Shown here: piece by piece, positions 7,248-7,770 of the stretch
Numbering within the stretch: position 1 is the first letter of the stretch
Layout: every line of letters starts with the position of its first letter
Origin: Amoeboradix gromovi X-113
Taxonomy: Eukaryota > Fungi > Sanchytriomycota
Direction: 5' to 3'
Assembly (NCBI GenBank): GCA_018985225.1
Contig: JADGIF010000489.1
Location: forward strand, 1-7,770
DNA: 7,770 nt
Program-made: the position numbers and the translations under genes
The notes under the pieces: model-generated
What the model saw: the letters and a program-made list of their open reading frames with translations, nothing else
Databases searched by the model: none
Told to the model about the DNA's origin: nothing

Positions 7248-7770
7248 TCATTTAATTAATTGCAGATGGCTCCAAATCATCTCATTTTTAATGCGAAATA
7301 TGTAACAGATCCTTAGTCGATGCACAGCATGTTCTTCTAAAGATCTTGTTGCAAGTCTCACATCTAGTACACAAAAAAGGCTATTGAAGACATGTAAGTG
7401 CTTTCTCTAAGGGCTCACAAGTATCTGAATTATCGCAGATGTTGGAAGTAGTCATTACGAGTAGATAGAGACCATTCGGCGGCAAGGGATGGACTTATGA
7501 ATCTTTATTTAACCTCTCCTCAATGTAATAAAAGTTAAGAAATTGCTGTAACAGAGCGACAGCTACTGCCAGTTTCTCTTTAAAAATGATTGATTTTCTG
7601 GTGAATCCAGACTTTAAATATGGGACACCAAATATAAAAACTAGACTAACTCGTTTTTAAAGGAGGTGCTCCATACGGAGGAAATCATTAATAAAAGATC
7701 TTCTATTATACCAATTTTCTTTCATTGATTGTATTCCTCTTTTTAAAATAAAATGAGATGACCCTGCATC
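7248..7770 (-). pseudogene. Second, more degraded Fanzor-like remnant, running off the right edge
   Basis: A single minus frame from 7770 reads ~160 codons with three internal stops (7659, 7497, 7383). It gives ...VSLVFIFG (G at 7629)...KSIIFKEKLAVAVALLQQFL...TTSNICDNSDTC (C at 7437)...CTRCETCNKIFRRTCCAS, then ICYIFRIKNEMIW in a shifted frame. Motif order matches the Fanzor C-terminus, but the catalytic E and D are eroded. Confidence 0.5.

Overview
This is a gene-dense, intron-poor eukaryotic window. It is most likely from a fungus or early-diverging fungal relative, inferred from a Caj1/Djp1-type J-protein, a small fungal-type ankyrin protein and a Kex2-type KR cleavage site. The left half holds three co-oriented surface or secreted protein genes: a 5'-truncated Cys-repeat protein with a GPI-like tail (<2-841), a helical secreted protein (1121-1624) and a furin-like-repeat type I membrane protein (1765-3366). 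The middle holds an ankyrin protein (4215-4715), a 59-aa Gly/Tyr-rich prepropeptide missed by the ORF track (4775-4954, -) and a DnaJ/DnaJ-X co-chaperone with an N-terminal zinc ribbon (5151-6380, -). The right end looks intergenic but holds decayed OMEGA-type (TnpB/Fanzor) nuclease sequence. One Fanzor1-like remnant lies on + (~6520-7053), and its RuvC-III motif is completed by removing a 19-nt GT-AG segment. A second, more degraded Fanzor-like remnant lies on - (~7248->7770), converging on the first. All family assignments come from motif recognition by eye, not database searches.
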